This document shows positions 1 to 9,083 of a DNA stretch of 64,000 nucleotides, one piece after another. The stretch is taken from IMG/VR virus record IMGVR_UViG_3300037501_000212. The stretch is one strand, 5' to 3'. The notes under the pieces are model-generated. The model saw only the letters and a program-made list of their open reading frames with translations, did not search any database and was not told the origin of the DNA. Both the position numbers and the translations under genes were made by a program. Position 1 is the first letter of the stretch, and every line of letters begins with the position of its first letter. The stretch is from a virus.

Positions 1-304
1 GTGGCCAGTTTTTGGCAGTTTTTGGACAGGTTGGCACCCCAAGCAAGCTTTTTTCAGCACAAAACTGCAGCTTTTGTTCAATGATAGCAATAGGATAGCT
101 TGAAAACACAGCTTTATGTGCAAAAAAATAATCTTATTTTTTCTTAGTTTTTCATTTTTTTTCATTCAATATGCTGCTATCATTGAATATCTTTTTTCAT
201 AGCAGCTGGCGAAAGGTAGGTGCCAAGTAGGGTTGGCCATGCCTTCGTAGGAAAGCCTTGCAGTGGGCCTTTCCTGCAGCCTGGAAGTCGTAAAAAGTGG
301 CTGT

Positions 305-1291
305 TCAAGCTACGAAAAGCGGAGTTGCTGCTTCTATGGCGGCAACCCTTTCCCACCCCAGCTCGTTTACATCCCCATCGGTCAGCCGAACTACCTTTAC
401 CTGTTTGACAAAGGTGGTCAGGTTGCGAGCCAACTCAACAGCTCTTGAAAGGCTGTACCAATCGTCAAAGGTGGTGGGATCAAATATAACAGATGCAGAG
501 GCTGGGCCAAGCTTTTGAAGCAATGCAAGCTGCGACGTGCTGCAGCCACCCTTGCTGACTGCCAATGCAGTTGGGCCAATGGTGATCTTGTCGAATATGC
601 CTTCAACAATTCTTGCGTGCTTGCACTGGCTTTGTTTGAATTCCTCTGAGCCATACAGAAGCTCTTTTGGACGCTTGAGGGATTGCTTTGCAGGACAGTT
701 ACGATAGCGCTGGTTGGCATATCCAGTGTAATCACGGCCAGCCCAGCATACAATTTGGTTTGACTCAAGGAATGGAATGATCACTCTGCCACGCCATGGA
801 TCATTGGATGCAACATCCACTGTTGTGTAGAGCATCTTGTGCTTCTTTATCAGACTATCATCAAAGCCACGGCTGTTTAGATATTCACGAGCCATGCTTT
901 GAGAAAACTCTTGCAGACCATTCTTTACAACACTGAAGAACTCATAGCAATTATCTGGCAACCATGTGCTGCTTGGTCTTGCGAATGTTTCTGGATCTTG
1001 CTCAGAATCTGGATAGCCTTTTACCAGCTGCAGTGCTTTTTCCTTAGCATCCCTGTGTGAGATGTCTTCAAGCTCAAATATCAAATCAGCGAGCCAAGGT
1101 CTCTTGCGCCTTCCTTCAAAGTTGCATGCCCAGCAGTTCAACCAGCCATGCACTCGATGAATGCCGAGATGCTTCTCCTTTCCGCACCATGGGCAGTCAA
1201 TGTTTAAGTCATTTGGGCCAACATCAGTTCCAGAGAACTTGATGTCAACTCCGATGCTATCAAGCCACTCTCTGATGTTAGAATGGTACAT
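305..1291 (-). CDS. DNA primase (zinc finger + TOPRIM-like core)
   Basis: 328-aa ORF. N-terminal CxxC...CxxC zinc finger (CPWCGKEKH...CWACNFEG), then acidic TOPRIM-like motifs (IVEGIFD, FDPTTFDDW). Lies in the minus-strand replication block with two helicases. Confidence 0.75.
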   Translation of the reverse strand: MYHSNIREWLDSIGVDIKFSGTDVGPNDLNIDCPWCGKEKHLGIHRVHGWLNCWACNFEGRRKRPWLADLIFELEDISHRDAKEKALQLVKGYPDSEQDPETFARPSSTWLPDNCYEFFSVVKNGLQEFSQSMAREYLNSRGFDDSLIKKHKMLYTTVDVASNDPWRGRVIIPFLESNQIVCWAGRDYTGYANQRYRNCPAKQSLKRPKELLYGSEEFKQSQCKHARIVEGIFDKITIGPTALAVSKGGCSTSQLALLQKLGPASASVIFDPTTFDDWYSLSRAVELARNLTTFVKQVKVVRLTDGDVNELGWERVAAIEAATPLFVA

Positions 1292-1598
1292 CGTTGATTT
1301 CGTATATTATTGACAGGATTTCTTGGCCGTGACAACGCTTTGGCAAACAGCAGCAAACAAGATCCACATCGACACCATACTCATCAGCAGCAGCCAGCTG
1401 CCACACGATATTCTTGATGACAGCGTCATTCCTTATCTTGTCTCTTATCCATTGCCTATACTTTTGACAAACTTGATCACGTGTGCCATCACGCCCAACA
1501 ACAAATGGGTTGCCAAGTAGATTGGGTCGCATGATGTTTACAACCACTGCTCCTCTCCTTGGCAACTCCATGTAGCAGTTGATAAGCTTTACGCTCAT
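1278..1598 (-). CDS. DUF4326-family protein
   Basis: Motifs LLGNPF and CCCLPKRCHGQ resemble DUF4326 (recalled). Start placed at MSVKL (1598), which forms an ATGA overlap with the upstream stop. The ORF track starts it at 1610. Confidence 0.55.
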   Translation of the reverse strand: MSVKLINCYMELPRRGAVVVNIMRPNLLGNPFVVGRDGTRDQVCQKYRQWIRDKIRNDAVIKNIVWQLAAADEYGVDVDLVCCCLPKRCHGQEILSIIYEINDVPF

Positions 1599-1927
1599 AT
1601 CTTGTGGCATGCAGTGCAGGACACAGATTTGTCAGCATGCTTCTTGTGATATTTTGTTTGCCAAAGAGAAAATATTTTATTGGCAGATCCTGGGTGGCAA
1701 CTTCCACAGCTGTCAAATGCATTGCTGCTGCTGGGCTTTTCAGCTGGGGGAGGAATAGTCTGATCAATCCAGCACCTTGGACAAAGTGAATTCCAAAGTG
1801 GTGTGAACTCGTTCTCAAAGCAATGCAATCTGCCAGCCTCTTCAATGCACGGCACAAAGCCACTCTGCAACGCTGCTGCAGGAACAGCAATCAATGCCAG
1901 CAAAACAACAGCAAAAAATCTTTTCAT
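1595..1927 (-). CDS. secreted dihaem c-type cytochrome (c3/c7-like)
   Basis: N-terminal signal peptide MKRFFAVVLLALIAVPAAALQ. Two CxxCH haem-attachment motifs (CGSCH, CTACH) plus extra His (YHKKH) suitable for bis-His ligation. Confidence 0.75.
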   Translation of the reverse strand: MKRFFAVVLLALIAVPAAALQSGFVPCIEEAGRLHCFENEFTPLWNSLCPRCWIDQTIPPPAEKPSSSNAFDSCGSCHPGSANKIFSLWQTKYHKKHADKSVSCTACHKI

Positions 1928-2196
1928 CTTTCTTTCTCCTTTTCTGCTTCAGTCTTTTTCTTGTAGTCGGCCTTGATTGCACCGACAGCCTTGCGAAGCA
2001 TCTTTAGATCATTCATCGCTTTACCAATGACTTTGCGAATCCTGGTTCCAGCTGGTCGCCAGCCATATCCGCGAGTGTCAAATGTCAAAGTGTCTTTCTT
2101 GGAGTCACTCAGATCGTTCATGATGCTGTTAAGCGACAGATCAATTTGTACATCAAGCATCGGATCTTTTGCTGGTGCTGCAGTCTTCTTAGCCAT
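1924..2196 (-). CDS. hypothetical protein
   Basis: 90-aa ORF. 4-nt overlap with the downstream gene, same-strand operon packing. No motif recognised. Confidence 0.5.
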   Translation of the reverse strand: MAKKTAAPAKDPMLDVQIDLSLNSIMNDLSDSKKDTLTFDTRGYGWRPAGTRIRKVIGKAMNDLKMLRKAVGAIKADYKKKTEAEKEKER

Positions 2197-2225
2197 CTTT
2201 TGTTCTCCTTGGTTGTTGGTTTTTG

Positions 2226-2876
2226 CTATCTGACCCTTTCTATCTTCTTCGGTTCTTCTGGCTGCTTGTTTGTCTCACGCTTTCCAAGCCTTGCAGAAAG
2301 GCCATCAAAGTATCCATTCTTGTATCCTTCAAGAATTGCCCACTTGACCCACTTCAAATCTCGCAGCAGTCTGTCGTCACCATCTTCCATGCGCAGTCGG
2401 TCGGTGTAAACGCGCATCAGCGTGCCATAATGATAAATGCACAGAAGATAGAGCTCCCCTTCTTCCTTCAACCAGTTGACATCGCCACCAAAGATGTCTT
2501 TCAGCAGGATGCCATTGAATCGCTTTCCAAGATCAGCCTTTCCACCGAGCACTTCCTCTATGAACTCCTCCTTGCTGCGCATGACAACTTCATATTTGTT
2601 TCCAAGCATTGGATCTATAAAGTCATTGGCCTTTGGGCTTCCAAACCTTTCCCATTCAACCCTGCGCCAGTTGTACTTGTACAAAATGCGCTCAGTTGCT
2701 GGCATTGTGCTCTCATCAAATTCAAAAATGTAGACAGCCTTGCCTTCCTGGCTTGCTTCTGGCATTGCATCAAGGATTTCCTCAATACTGTTGGCTGGTC
2801 CATCAAACATTCCAAACTGGCCTGGCTCATGCTCAATGCCAGCTGCATAAATGACATTCTTCTTAGCCATTGACAT
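2226..2876 (-). CDS. hypothetical protein
   Basis: About 216-aa ORF. A GGAGG lies 6 nt upstream of the third in-frame codon, Met-3 (2876), so that start is preferred over 2882. No motif recognised. Confidence 0.55.
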   Translation of the reverse strand: MSMAKKNVIYAAGIEHEPGQFGMFDGPANSIEEILDAMPEASQEGKAVYIFEFDESTMPATERILYKYNWRRVEWERFGSPKANDFIDPMLGNKYEVVMRSKEEFIEEVLGGKADLGKRFNGILLKDIFGGDVNWLKEEGELYLLCIYHYGTLMRVYTDRLRMEDGDDRLLRDLKWVKWAILEGYKNGYFDGLSARLGKRETNKQPEEPKKIERVR

Positions 2877-3120
2877 TGACATCCTCCACCAGCTCTACAG
2901 GCAACCAGCCACCATCAACATCTTCGTACATCATGCGAGTCCAAGGTGTTCTTGATGGGATGTGGATCCCATTCATCAGCTCTGGCTCAGAATACACGAT
3001 GTACTTGGTTCCAAGAATCACATGGTCACACATCTCAAGCAACCCATCTAAGGTAGCACGCCTTACAAGCTTGACCATTTTGATCGGCCTGCCATTCTTC
3101 CTGTAGTTGGCTTTACCCAT
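2863..3120 (-). CDS. hypothetical protein
   Basis: 85-aa ORF packed between neighbours on the same strand. Confidence 0.45.
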   Translation of the reverse strand: MGKANYRKNGRPIKMVKLVRRATLDGLLEMCDHVILGTKYIVYSEPELMNGIHIPSRTPWTRMMYEDVDGGWLPVELVEDVNVNG

Positions 3121-4624
3121 CCAATTCTCCTTTCAAATACTTCTTCCAGCGCTTGCTGTTCATTGCTTTGGAAAACAGGTCAAGGTTGCGCTTCAATGCT
3201 GCATGCATAGAGACCTCTACTGTGTTATTCGCCAAAAGGTCGTAGTAGAAGCGACTGTCCTTTATTTCACCGCGATGGATTCTCTTCTCACATTGGGAGC
3301 GATTGATTGGGCTGTGATCGTTGCTGAAGAAGATGCAATACCTTGCTACATTCAAGTTGATGCTTGCACCACCACTCAATGGGTGTGCAACCATGACTCT
3401 GAACTTGTCCTCCTTTTCAAACTTCTTGTACTCAGCATACTTGTCCTTGGTGCTTCCATTGAGCACACAATAGAGCACCTTCAGCTTCTTCAGCATTTCA
3501 ATGATGATCTTAGACTCAAGTATGAACTGGTGGAATATGACTATCTTGTGTTCATCAACAACAGATTCTACCAAGTCGTTGAGAAGCTTCAGTTTGGGAT
3601 TGCTCTTGAACAAATAGTTGGTGCTGACAATGATGCCAGAGCAAATTTGTCTGTAAATCATGCTGCTGTTTTCCAAGAAGGTGAATTCACCTTCCTTGTT
3701 GCTTGCATCATCGTAAGCCTTGCGCTGCTCAGAAGAAAGATTGAAGCCAATTACACGATAAACCTTTGGAGGCATGTCCTTTATCTCTGCCTCATTGTAT
3801 CTGATTGCCTTTGTGAACAACTTTGACTCTATTGCTTTCCTGCCATCTCTTGTCACTTTCCAATCTGGGCCAAAGTATCCCCTATCAACAAAATACTTGC
3901 TGCGAAATTCGGTGAATCTTGAGCCATATGTTGATCCATAATCAACGATGTAGTACTGACTCCATATTCCGAGCAAAGACTTCCCGTATGGGGTGCCAGT
4001 CAGAAGAATTCTGACACCAACATCAACTGCAATTCGAGCAGCAATCTTGTAGTTGAGTGTGTCAATGGACTTTATCTTGTGGGCTTCATCAACAATCAGC
4101 GCATCGAATCCAAGATCCATCAGCCTTCGCATTGCAGTTGGATCGTGTGCCATCTTGTTGATTACCTTTTCCTGCCCTTTGACTATCTTTATCCTGCTTG
4201 GCTTGCGAACAGTCAGCATATGCTGAAGGCTCTCATAGTTTGCAACAAAGAAGCCTTTGCCTTCCATGCAACGGAACCTTTGCTCCTTGGTTTCACCAAA
4301 TGAGCCATCTGGTCTGACAGCTATGCAATCCATGTCAGAGTTGAGCTTAATCTCATCAAGCCAGTTACCAACTGCTGATGCAAGACAAATGACAAGAGCT
4401 CTAACAGGTCTTCCCAAGCAGAATTCTATGAACCTTACTGCATCAATGGCAACCTTGGTCTTTCCAGTTCCAAGATCAAGCCAAACATTGAATCCATCTT
4501 CACTGATTGCTGCAATGAATGCAGCCAACTGGTGATCCCATGGTGGCAGCTTGAATTTGAATCCATTCGGAACCATTTCCAGCAGCTGTTTGCGGCTAAG
4601 CTTCTTGAGATCAAAATAGTTCAT
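3113..4624 (-). CDS. SNF2-family DEAD/H helicase
   Basis: Motif I LDLGTGKTKV, motif II LIVDEAHKIK, LLTGTP, and a C-terminal helicase domain (VIFHQF...GGASINL...RIHRGE). Start at MNYFDL (4624) gives an ATGA overlap with the upstream ORF. The ORF track extends it to 4720. Confidence 0.85.
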   Translation of the reverse strand: MNYFDLKKLSRKQLLEMVPNGFKFKLPPWDHQLAAFIAAISEDGFNVWLDLGTGKTKVAIDAVRFIEFCLGRPVRALVICLASAVGNWLDEIKLNSDMDCIAVRPDGSFGETKEQRFRCMEGKGFFVANYESLQHMLTVRKPSRIKIVKGQEKVINKMAHDPTAMRRLMDLGFDALIVDEAHKIKSIDTLNYKIAARIAVDVGVRILLTGTPYGKSLLGIWSQYYIVDYGSTYGSRFTEFRSKYFVDRGYFGPDWKVTRDGRKAIESKLFTKAIRYNEAEIKDMPPKVYRVIGFNLSSEQRKAYDDASNKEGEFTFLENSSMIYRQICSGIIVSTNYLFKSNPKLKLLNDLVESVVDEHKIVIFHQFILESKIIIEMLKKLKVLYCVLNGSTKDKYAEYKKFEKEDKFRVMVAHPLSGGASINLNVARYCIFFSNDHSPINRSQCEKRIHRGEIKDSRFYYDLLANNTVEVSMHAALKRNLDLFSKAMNSKRWKKYLKGELDG

Positions 4625-5031
4625 TCCACAAAGAACCCACCCAATGGCTCTATAAGCTTCTTGGTGCGATTGGATGCACGCTGGGCAATCATCATCGCAA
4701 AGTTGGCTGTGTCCGCACATTGCTTCACCAACTCCGCAATGTCATCATCTGCTACAAAGTACTTCTCTTTTCCACCTCCGTTGATGAATGGCTTGATAAG
4801 ATCGTTGATGCAACAAACTTGCCAAGCCAGCCGATCCAGAAGATGCAAGAAGTCGCACTCATCACGCATCCAGCCAAATGTTGAATCTTTCAGCTTGCCA
4901 CTCTTGTCATATGTGTAGTCAAGCATGCTTCTTTCCACAAGTCGCCTTGTCATATGCGAGGCAAATTCAATGGTGTTCTCAGTGTGCACAGCAGTTGCAT
5001 CCTTGACGTCTTCGGCGCTAAGAGTTTTCAT
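4621..5031 (-). CDS. hypothetical protein
   Basis: 136-aa ORF in the operon. No confident motif. Confidence 0.5.
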   Translation of the reverse strand: MKTLSAEDVKDATAVHTENTIEFASHMTRRLVERSMLDYTYDKSGKLKDSTFGWMRDECDFLHLLDRLAWQVCCINDLIKPFINGGGKEKYFVADDDIAELVKQCADTANFAMMIAQRASNRTKKLIEPLGGFFVE

Positions 5032-6406
5032 TTGTCAAGATTCCTTCCTTCTTCATGATCTCTTTGTAAGCAGTATGATCATACTCTTGACTGTAATAAC
5101 CAAACTGCCCACGGCCATAATCATTGCGGATCCAACATTTGGCTCCTACTGGGCCATCTGTGTGCTTAAACAAAAACAACCTTGCATAGTTCTTCTGCAG
5201 CTCGCTGTCCCTGGCATTTATACTGATACCAACATGTGCTTTTCGTACCTTGTTTATGTCATCACCAATGTTGTCGCTTCCAGCCCACCAACGCTTGGCA
5301 GCAGCTCGCTGGCTTTGGCTTGTTGTGACAACACAGATGTTGCGATCTTTGGCAAAGTTCTTGAGGAAGGTGTAGGTGGCTGTGCTGTTTTCTATCTTAT
5401 CTCTTGATGGTCTTCCAGGTGGTCTTAGATCATCTGCACTGTCAAGCAGCAACAGTTTGATCTCACGACCATCTCTCTGCTTTATGTTGTCAATCACTGC
5501 ACCAAGAGCATCAACTGACATTGACTTTTCTTCTTCATCAAGCAAGTACAAGCTGCTCTTTCGCATGAACACTTGCTTGCGCATGCGCTGATATTCTTTT
5601 GGGCTGTTGCGCAATTCAGATGTTCCAAGTGCAGTGACAGAAGACTTCCACCTGAGCTTCCATGTTCGGTTGCTCATCTCTGTTGGCACCACCAAGCAGC
5701 TGTTGCCACTCCTGACAGCTCGCTTTGCCAGATGTATGATGCATTGGCTTTTACCACGAGAGGTGAAGGCTTGTATGATAATAAACTGCCCAAGATGCAA
5801 GCCACCACCCAAAGGATTGTCAAGTGTTGGAATTCCGAAGTTCACCACAACATCGCCAGTTTGAGTCACAAGCTCGTCTTCACGCATATCTTCTGCAGAC
5901 ATCTTACAGTTGCACTCATCAAGCTGGTCAAGTGCATTACGCATTATATCAAGTATTATATTTGGGTCGTACTCAGCTGTTCCAATTCTTGCAAGGATGT
6001 CGTTTGATGCTGTGAAGGCAATGCGACGTTTGACAAACTCGTCAAGCCTCTCAACCAGGTAGCCGTTAGAATTTTCTTCTGCCTTAGCAGCAGTGTCAGC
6101 AAGCTCTCCAATATAGCTAACAACAATGTCATATTTGTCAGCAGCAATTCGCTTCTTCTTACGGCTGTCATCAAACAGGCTGAGTATTGCTTCCCCAGGT
6201 GACTCCTTGAATTTTTCATAGAAGTCATAGGCCTTACCAACCACAAGTTGTCTTGCATCACCAGCAAAGTAGTCAGGTTTTATCTTGCGACGATAACAGT
6301 TTCCAAGGAAGTCCTTGTCCTTGATCATCTTGTATATGACGACATCTTGCTCGTCTGTTGACAAGGACAAGTCGTTTGGGCTGGTTTGCTCTGTAACTTT
6401 TGGCAT
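5018..6406 (-). CDS. DnaB-like replicative helicase
   Basis: GIPTLDNPLGGGLHLGQFIIIQAFTSRGKSQ (DnaB C-terminal RecA-like Walker A region) and Walker B LLLLDSADDL. 462 aa. Confidence 0.8.
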   Translation of the reverse strand: MPKVTEQTSPNDLSLSTDEQDVVIYKMIKDKDFLGNCYRRKIKPDYFAGDARQLVVGKAYDFYEKFKESPGEAILSLFDDSRKKKRIAADKYDIVVSYIGELADTAAKAEENSNGYLVERLDEFVKRRIAFTASNDILARIGTAEYDPNIILDIMRNALDQLDECNCKMSAEDMREDELVTQTGDVVVNFGIPTLDNPLGGGLHLGQFIIIQAFTSRGKSQCIIHLAKRAVRSGNSCLVVPTEMSNRTWKLRWKSSVTALGTSELRNSPKEYQRMRKQVFMRKSSLYLLDEEEKSMSVDALGAVIDNIKQRDGREIKLLLLDSADDLRPPGRPSRDKIENSTATYTFLKNFAKDRNICVVTTSQSQRAAAKRWWAGSDNIGDDINKVRKAHVGISINARDSELQKNYARLFLFKHTDGPVGAKCWIRNDYGRGQFGYYSQEYDHTAYKEIMKKEGILTNENS

Positions 6407-6443
6407 GATGGCTTGTCTTCATATCTTCGATCACAGTTATGGT

Positions 6444-7013
6444 TTATGCGGGACGGACACCTATGTCAATTGGATCGATGCCAACCAGATCCTCCCCCAA
6501 TCTTCCAGATCGAGCTTGCTCAATCAGTTTGGCTTTGGCTGCTTGGGCTGCTTTGATTGAATCAGCAGCTGCCTTCTCAACAGCTTTCTTGTTCAAGATC
6601 GACACCTGCCAGTAACACTGTTCGTATTCTTCTTCAAACTTGGCAATCCAGTGTCCATAAACATGCATGGTGAATTCTGTTGGAACAAGCTGTGCAGTGA
6701 ATGGCACGATCTTGTGCTTGCTCTTGTAATGACTGTGCACAGCTTCAATGTAATCCTCGAACATGTCTTCCCAAGGATTGGTGTGCTCACCACGCATCTC
6801 AATCAACTTAACAATAATCGTCCTCAATATTCGATGATACTTGTTGCTTGGCTGCTTTTGAATATATTGCTGTTTGGTGAATGCATCTGCAAAGAACTTG
6901 CCATCTGTGTAGCGTCTGCGCACCTTGCCATAGATGGCAGCAGCTTTCACTATCCGCTTCTCCCAAAGGTCCCTCTCAGCCTCTGGACTCATGATGCGCT
7001 TTATAACAGCCAT
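6444..7013 (-). CDS. hypothetical protein
   Basis: 189-aa ORF on the same strand. No motif recognised. Confidence 0.5.
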   Translation of the reverse strand: MAVIKRIMSPEAERDLWEKRIVKAAAIYGKVRRRYTDGKFFADAFTKQQYIQKQPSNKYHRILRTIIVKLIEMRGEHTNPWEDMFEDYIEAVHSHYKSKHKIVPFTAQLVPTEFTMHVYGHWIAKFEEEYEQCYWQVSILNKKAVEKAAADSIKAAQAAKAKLIEQARSGRLGEDLVGIDPIDIGVRPA

Positions 7014-7019
7014 GCAAAC

Positions 7020-7247
7020 CTACTTCAAATCTTTCTTCTTGAGTCGCTTCAATGATTTTGTCTTGGTCTTAACAATGTCAACCGAAACAATCTCTGTAAA
7101 ATCAAACAAGCTGCCATCTTTGAGATCTTCCCAAAGCAGCTGCTTGTCTACATCAATGTATTCACCAACAACTTCAGGATCAGTTATCTTTAGAACTATT
7201 TTTAGTTCTTTCATCAGAGGTTGTCTCAATGTAAAATGTAAAAACAA
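7020..7247 (-). CDS. hypothetical protein
   Basis: 75-aa ORF on the same strand. Confidence 0.4.
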   Translation of the reverse strand: MFLHFTLRQPLMKELKIVLKITDPEVVGEYIDVDKQLLWEDLKDGSLFDFTEIVSVDIVKTKTKSLKRLKKKDLK

Positions 7248-7250
7248 AAC

Positions 7251-7589
7251 CTACTTCAAATCGTCTTGGATCATGTGGTTGTTGATGATTTCTCTGATAC
7301 CAGATGCAATTTGGTCGCCCTTGGATTTGATCAAAAAATCCACAACAGGGTTTTGCTCACAAAGCGGAAAGTTGCGATCTTTTGAATTGCTTGCAGTAGA
7401 GAAGTTGCCAATACGTTGCTTGCCACACCACTCGCACCTCAAACTTCCATCTGCTTGAGTTACCCAGCAGTGGCTCTCATAGCGCCACATCTCAAGCTGC
7501 TGTCTCAGCACATTTGCCAAGTCTGCACCTTTGTGCACTACTTTTGGGTCGATCCACATGTTGGCTTGGCTCCTTCCGGAACATTGCAT
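7251..7589 (-). CDS. hypothetical protein
   Basis: 112-aa ORF. Start uncertain because it overlaps the upstream ORF by 52 nt. Confidence 0.4.
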   Translation of the reverse strand: MQCSGRSQANMWIDPKVVHKGADLANVLRQQLEMWRYESHCWVTQADGSLRCEWCGKQRIGNFSTASNSKDRNFPLCEQNPVVDFLIKSKGDQIASGIREIINNHMIQDDLK

Positions 7590-7807
7590 GAGCGATGAGA
7601 CCAGCGTCCATCAATCTCAAGCAAAGCCTGATCTCTGTTTGTTACAGGTCTTCCACAAATAGCACAAAGGTTGGGTCGTAGCCAAATTTCTCCAGGTCGG
7701 TCTGGTATGCTGTCAGGAATATCACCCATCATGTCAACCTCCTCCACCCTAAAAGTTAAACAACCAAACGGAACATAATCGTTCCTGCTACAGTGTATAT
7801 TCGCCAT
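7538..7807 (-). CDS. hypothetical Cys-containing small protein
   Basis: 89-aa ORF. CAICGRP...SHRSC could be a zinc-binding motif. Confidence 0.4.
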   Translation of the reverse strand: MANIHCSRNDYVPFGCLTFRVEEVDMMGDIPDSIPDRPGEIWLRPNLCAICGRPVTNRDQALLEIDGRWSHRSCNVPEGAKPTCGSTQK

Positions 7808-7850
7808 TTACGGAGATTTGCAAAGCAGCCAGCAAAGGCAATGCTTTTTG

Positions 7851-8229
7851 CAGTCTTACTTGTTCAGTCTTACTTGTTTGGGTTGTAAAAGAACTATCGC
7901 ATCTTGGTGCGCTGTGCGCACCAAGTGCGGGACGGAGCGGAGCGAGGAGCTGAGCGACGAGCGAAGCGAAGTCCAGCTTCTCGTTTGTCAAGATAAGTAG
8001 TTGATCGAAAAGTTGGGCGATGTATCGCAGACAAGTCACTACTCGATCAATGTCTCTGTATAGACTTAAAGAGACATTGATCTCGTATTCTTTTCTTTCT
8101 TCTCTCTTCTTTCTTATTCTTATTCTTATTCTTATCTTTAATTTTGTAATTTGTATTTGTATTATAATAAGTAATGTAAGTAAAGAGAAAGAAGAGAGAG
8201 GGAGTGCAGAGGGAGAGAGAAGAAGGAGT
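7851..8229. other. structured intergenic region, putative replication origin
   Basis: Tandem 14-mers CAGTCTTACTTGTT x2 (7851-7878). Palindrome CTTGGTGCGC-TGT-GCGCACCAAG (7903-7925). 13-bp inverted repeat (8045-8057 / 8070-8082). Pyrimidine tract with (TTCTTA)4 (8087-8139), AT-rich core (8140-8181), and a roughly complementary purine tract (8182-8229). Confidence 0.35.
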
Positions 8230-8241
8230 GTTGACAAATTG

Positions 8242-8661
8242 TCATCTGCTGAGCTGGGTCTCAAGGTCTCCTCCTTCAAGATATTCACCATGTGCAATTC
8301 CGTACAAGTTGAAAAGCTGATCAACATTGATGTAGCACATGTTCACTGCTGGCATGCCAATGCGCTTGACTTTGATGATTCTTAGCTCCTTGAGAGTTTG
8401 AATGGCACTGGCTTGCTGCTTGAAGCTAAGCATTGTCAAATTTTGAACTTCTTCTCTCACAAGTTTGAACCAGTATTTGTAGCTGTTAGGCTCCCATGCA
8501 TTGGTGTTGGCCTTTGCACACTCATCCAAATGCATCAATGCAGTCAAGTAAACAGCTGTGTTGGCACTCATGTGTTGAATGAGCTGCTTGTTGATATGGA
8601 TATGGGTGCTGTCAATGTGCTTTGATGTGCTGGTTGGCTTTCTTCTTAGAAGGCTTGTCAT
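8242..8661 (-). CDS. putative DNA-binding (winged-helix-like) protein next to the origin-like region
   Basis: 139-aa ORF. The LTMLSFKQQASAIQTLKELRIIKVKRIG segment looks HTH/wHTH-like. Assignment is positional and weak. Confidence 0.35.
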   Translation of the reverse strand: MTSLLRRKPTSTSKHIDSTHIHINKQLIQHMSANTAVYLTALMHLDECAKANTNAWEPNSYKYWFKLVREEVQNLTMLSFKQQASAIQTLKELRIIKVKRIGMPAVNMCYINVDQLFNLYGIAHGEYLEGGDLETQLSR

Positions 8662-8665
8662 TTTC

Positions 8666-9079
8666 TCACCTTACAATCAGCACGACTGTCTTTACAACAA
8701 TCCACAGCAATCCAGCTGTTGTTATTATTGCTGCGAAAGCTGCCAAAGATCCAACTACAAGCAGCTGGGTGCTTTTGATCTCTGCTGCTTTTTGTCTGCG
8801 ATGGTTTGCAGTTGTGTTGTACCTTACCACAGCAGGTGTTTCAACGACAATATTGTCATCGTTTGGATTTTTGCACAGCAGCCCTTCAACTTTGTTGAGG
8901 TACTTGCGGTAGCGCGCCAACGCTGCTGATGCTGCTGTGTAACTGCCATAGGGACCAAACTTGCCATGCTTGCCAGTTTGATCCCAGAAGTAATGCATTC
9001 CATCTTCATCCTTGAAGATTGGATCATCACCCACTTTGTCTTCTCCGAGTAGTTGGAGTTGTGCAGTTAGAGCAGGCAT
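8666..9079 (-). CDS. membrane-anchored hypothetical protein
   Basis: C-terminal hydrophobic segment LLVVGSLAAFAAIITTAGLLWIVV. Start at MPALTA (9079) has an AAGGAAG RBS and avoids overlap. The ORF track starts it at 9130. Confidence 0.45.
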   Translation of the reverse strand: MPALTAQLQLLGEDKVGDDPIFKDEDGMHYFWDQTGKHGKFGPYGSYTAASAALARYRKYLNKVEGLLCKNPNDDNIVVETPAVVRYNTTANHRRQKAAEIKSTQLLVVGSLAAFAAIITTAGLLWIVVKTVVLIVR

Positions 9080-9083
9080 AAGT

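Noticed and set aside
1-165. Possible minus-strand ORF (MKKNEKLRKNKIIFLH...) running off the left edge
   Set aside because: It has a low-complexity, A/T-driven sequence and an unknown end. It cannot be supported from this window.
3107-3826. Long antisense ORFs inside well-supported genes (3107-3826, 16765-17394, 22073-22849, 37832-38632, 40672-41415, 25522-26250)
   Set aside because: Each lies opposite a gene with clear catalytic motifs or a clear structural position. None has an RBS or a recognisable motif.
7788-8385. ORFs 7788-8327 (-) and 8020-8385 (+) across the repeat-rich gap
   Set aside because: Their translations are low-complexity (IRIRIRKKREERKE, LILILIFNF) and derive from purine and pyrimidine tracts. 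The region is better explained as non-coding structured DNA.
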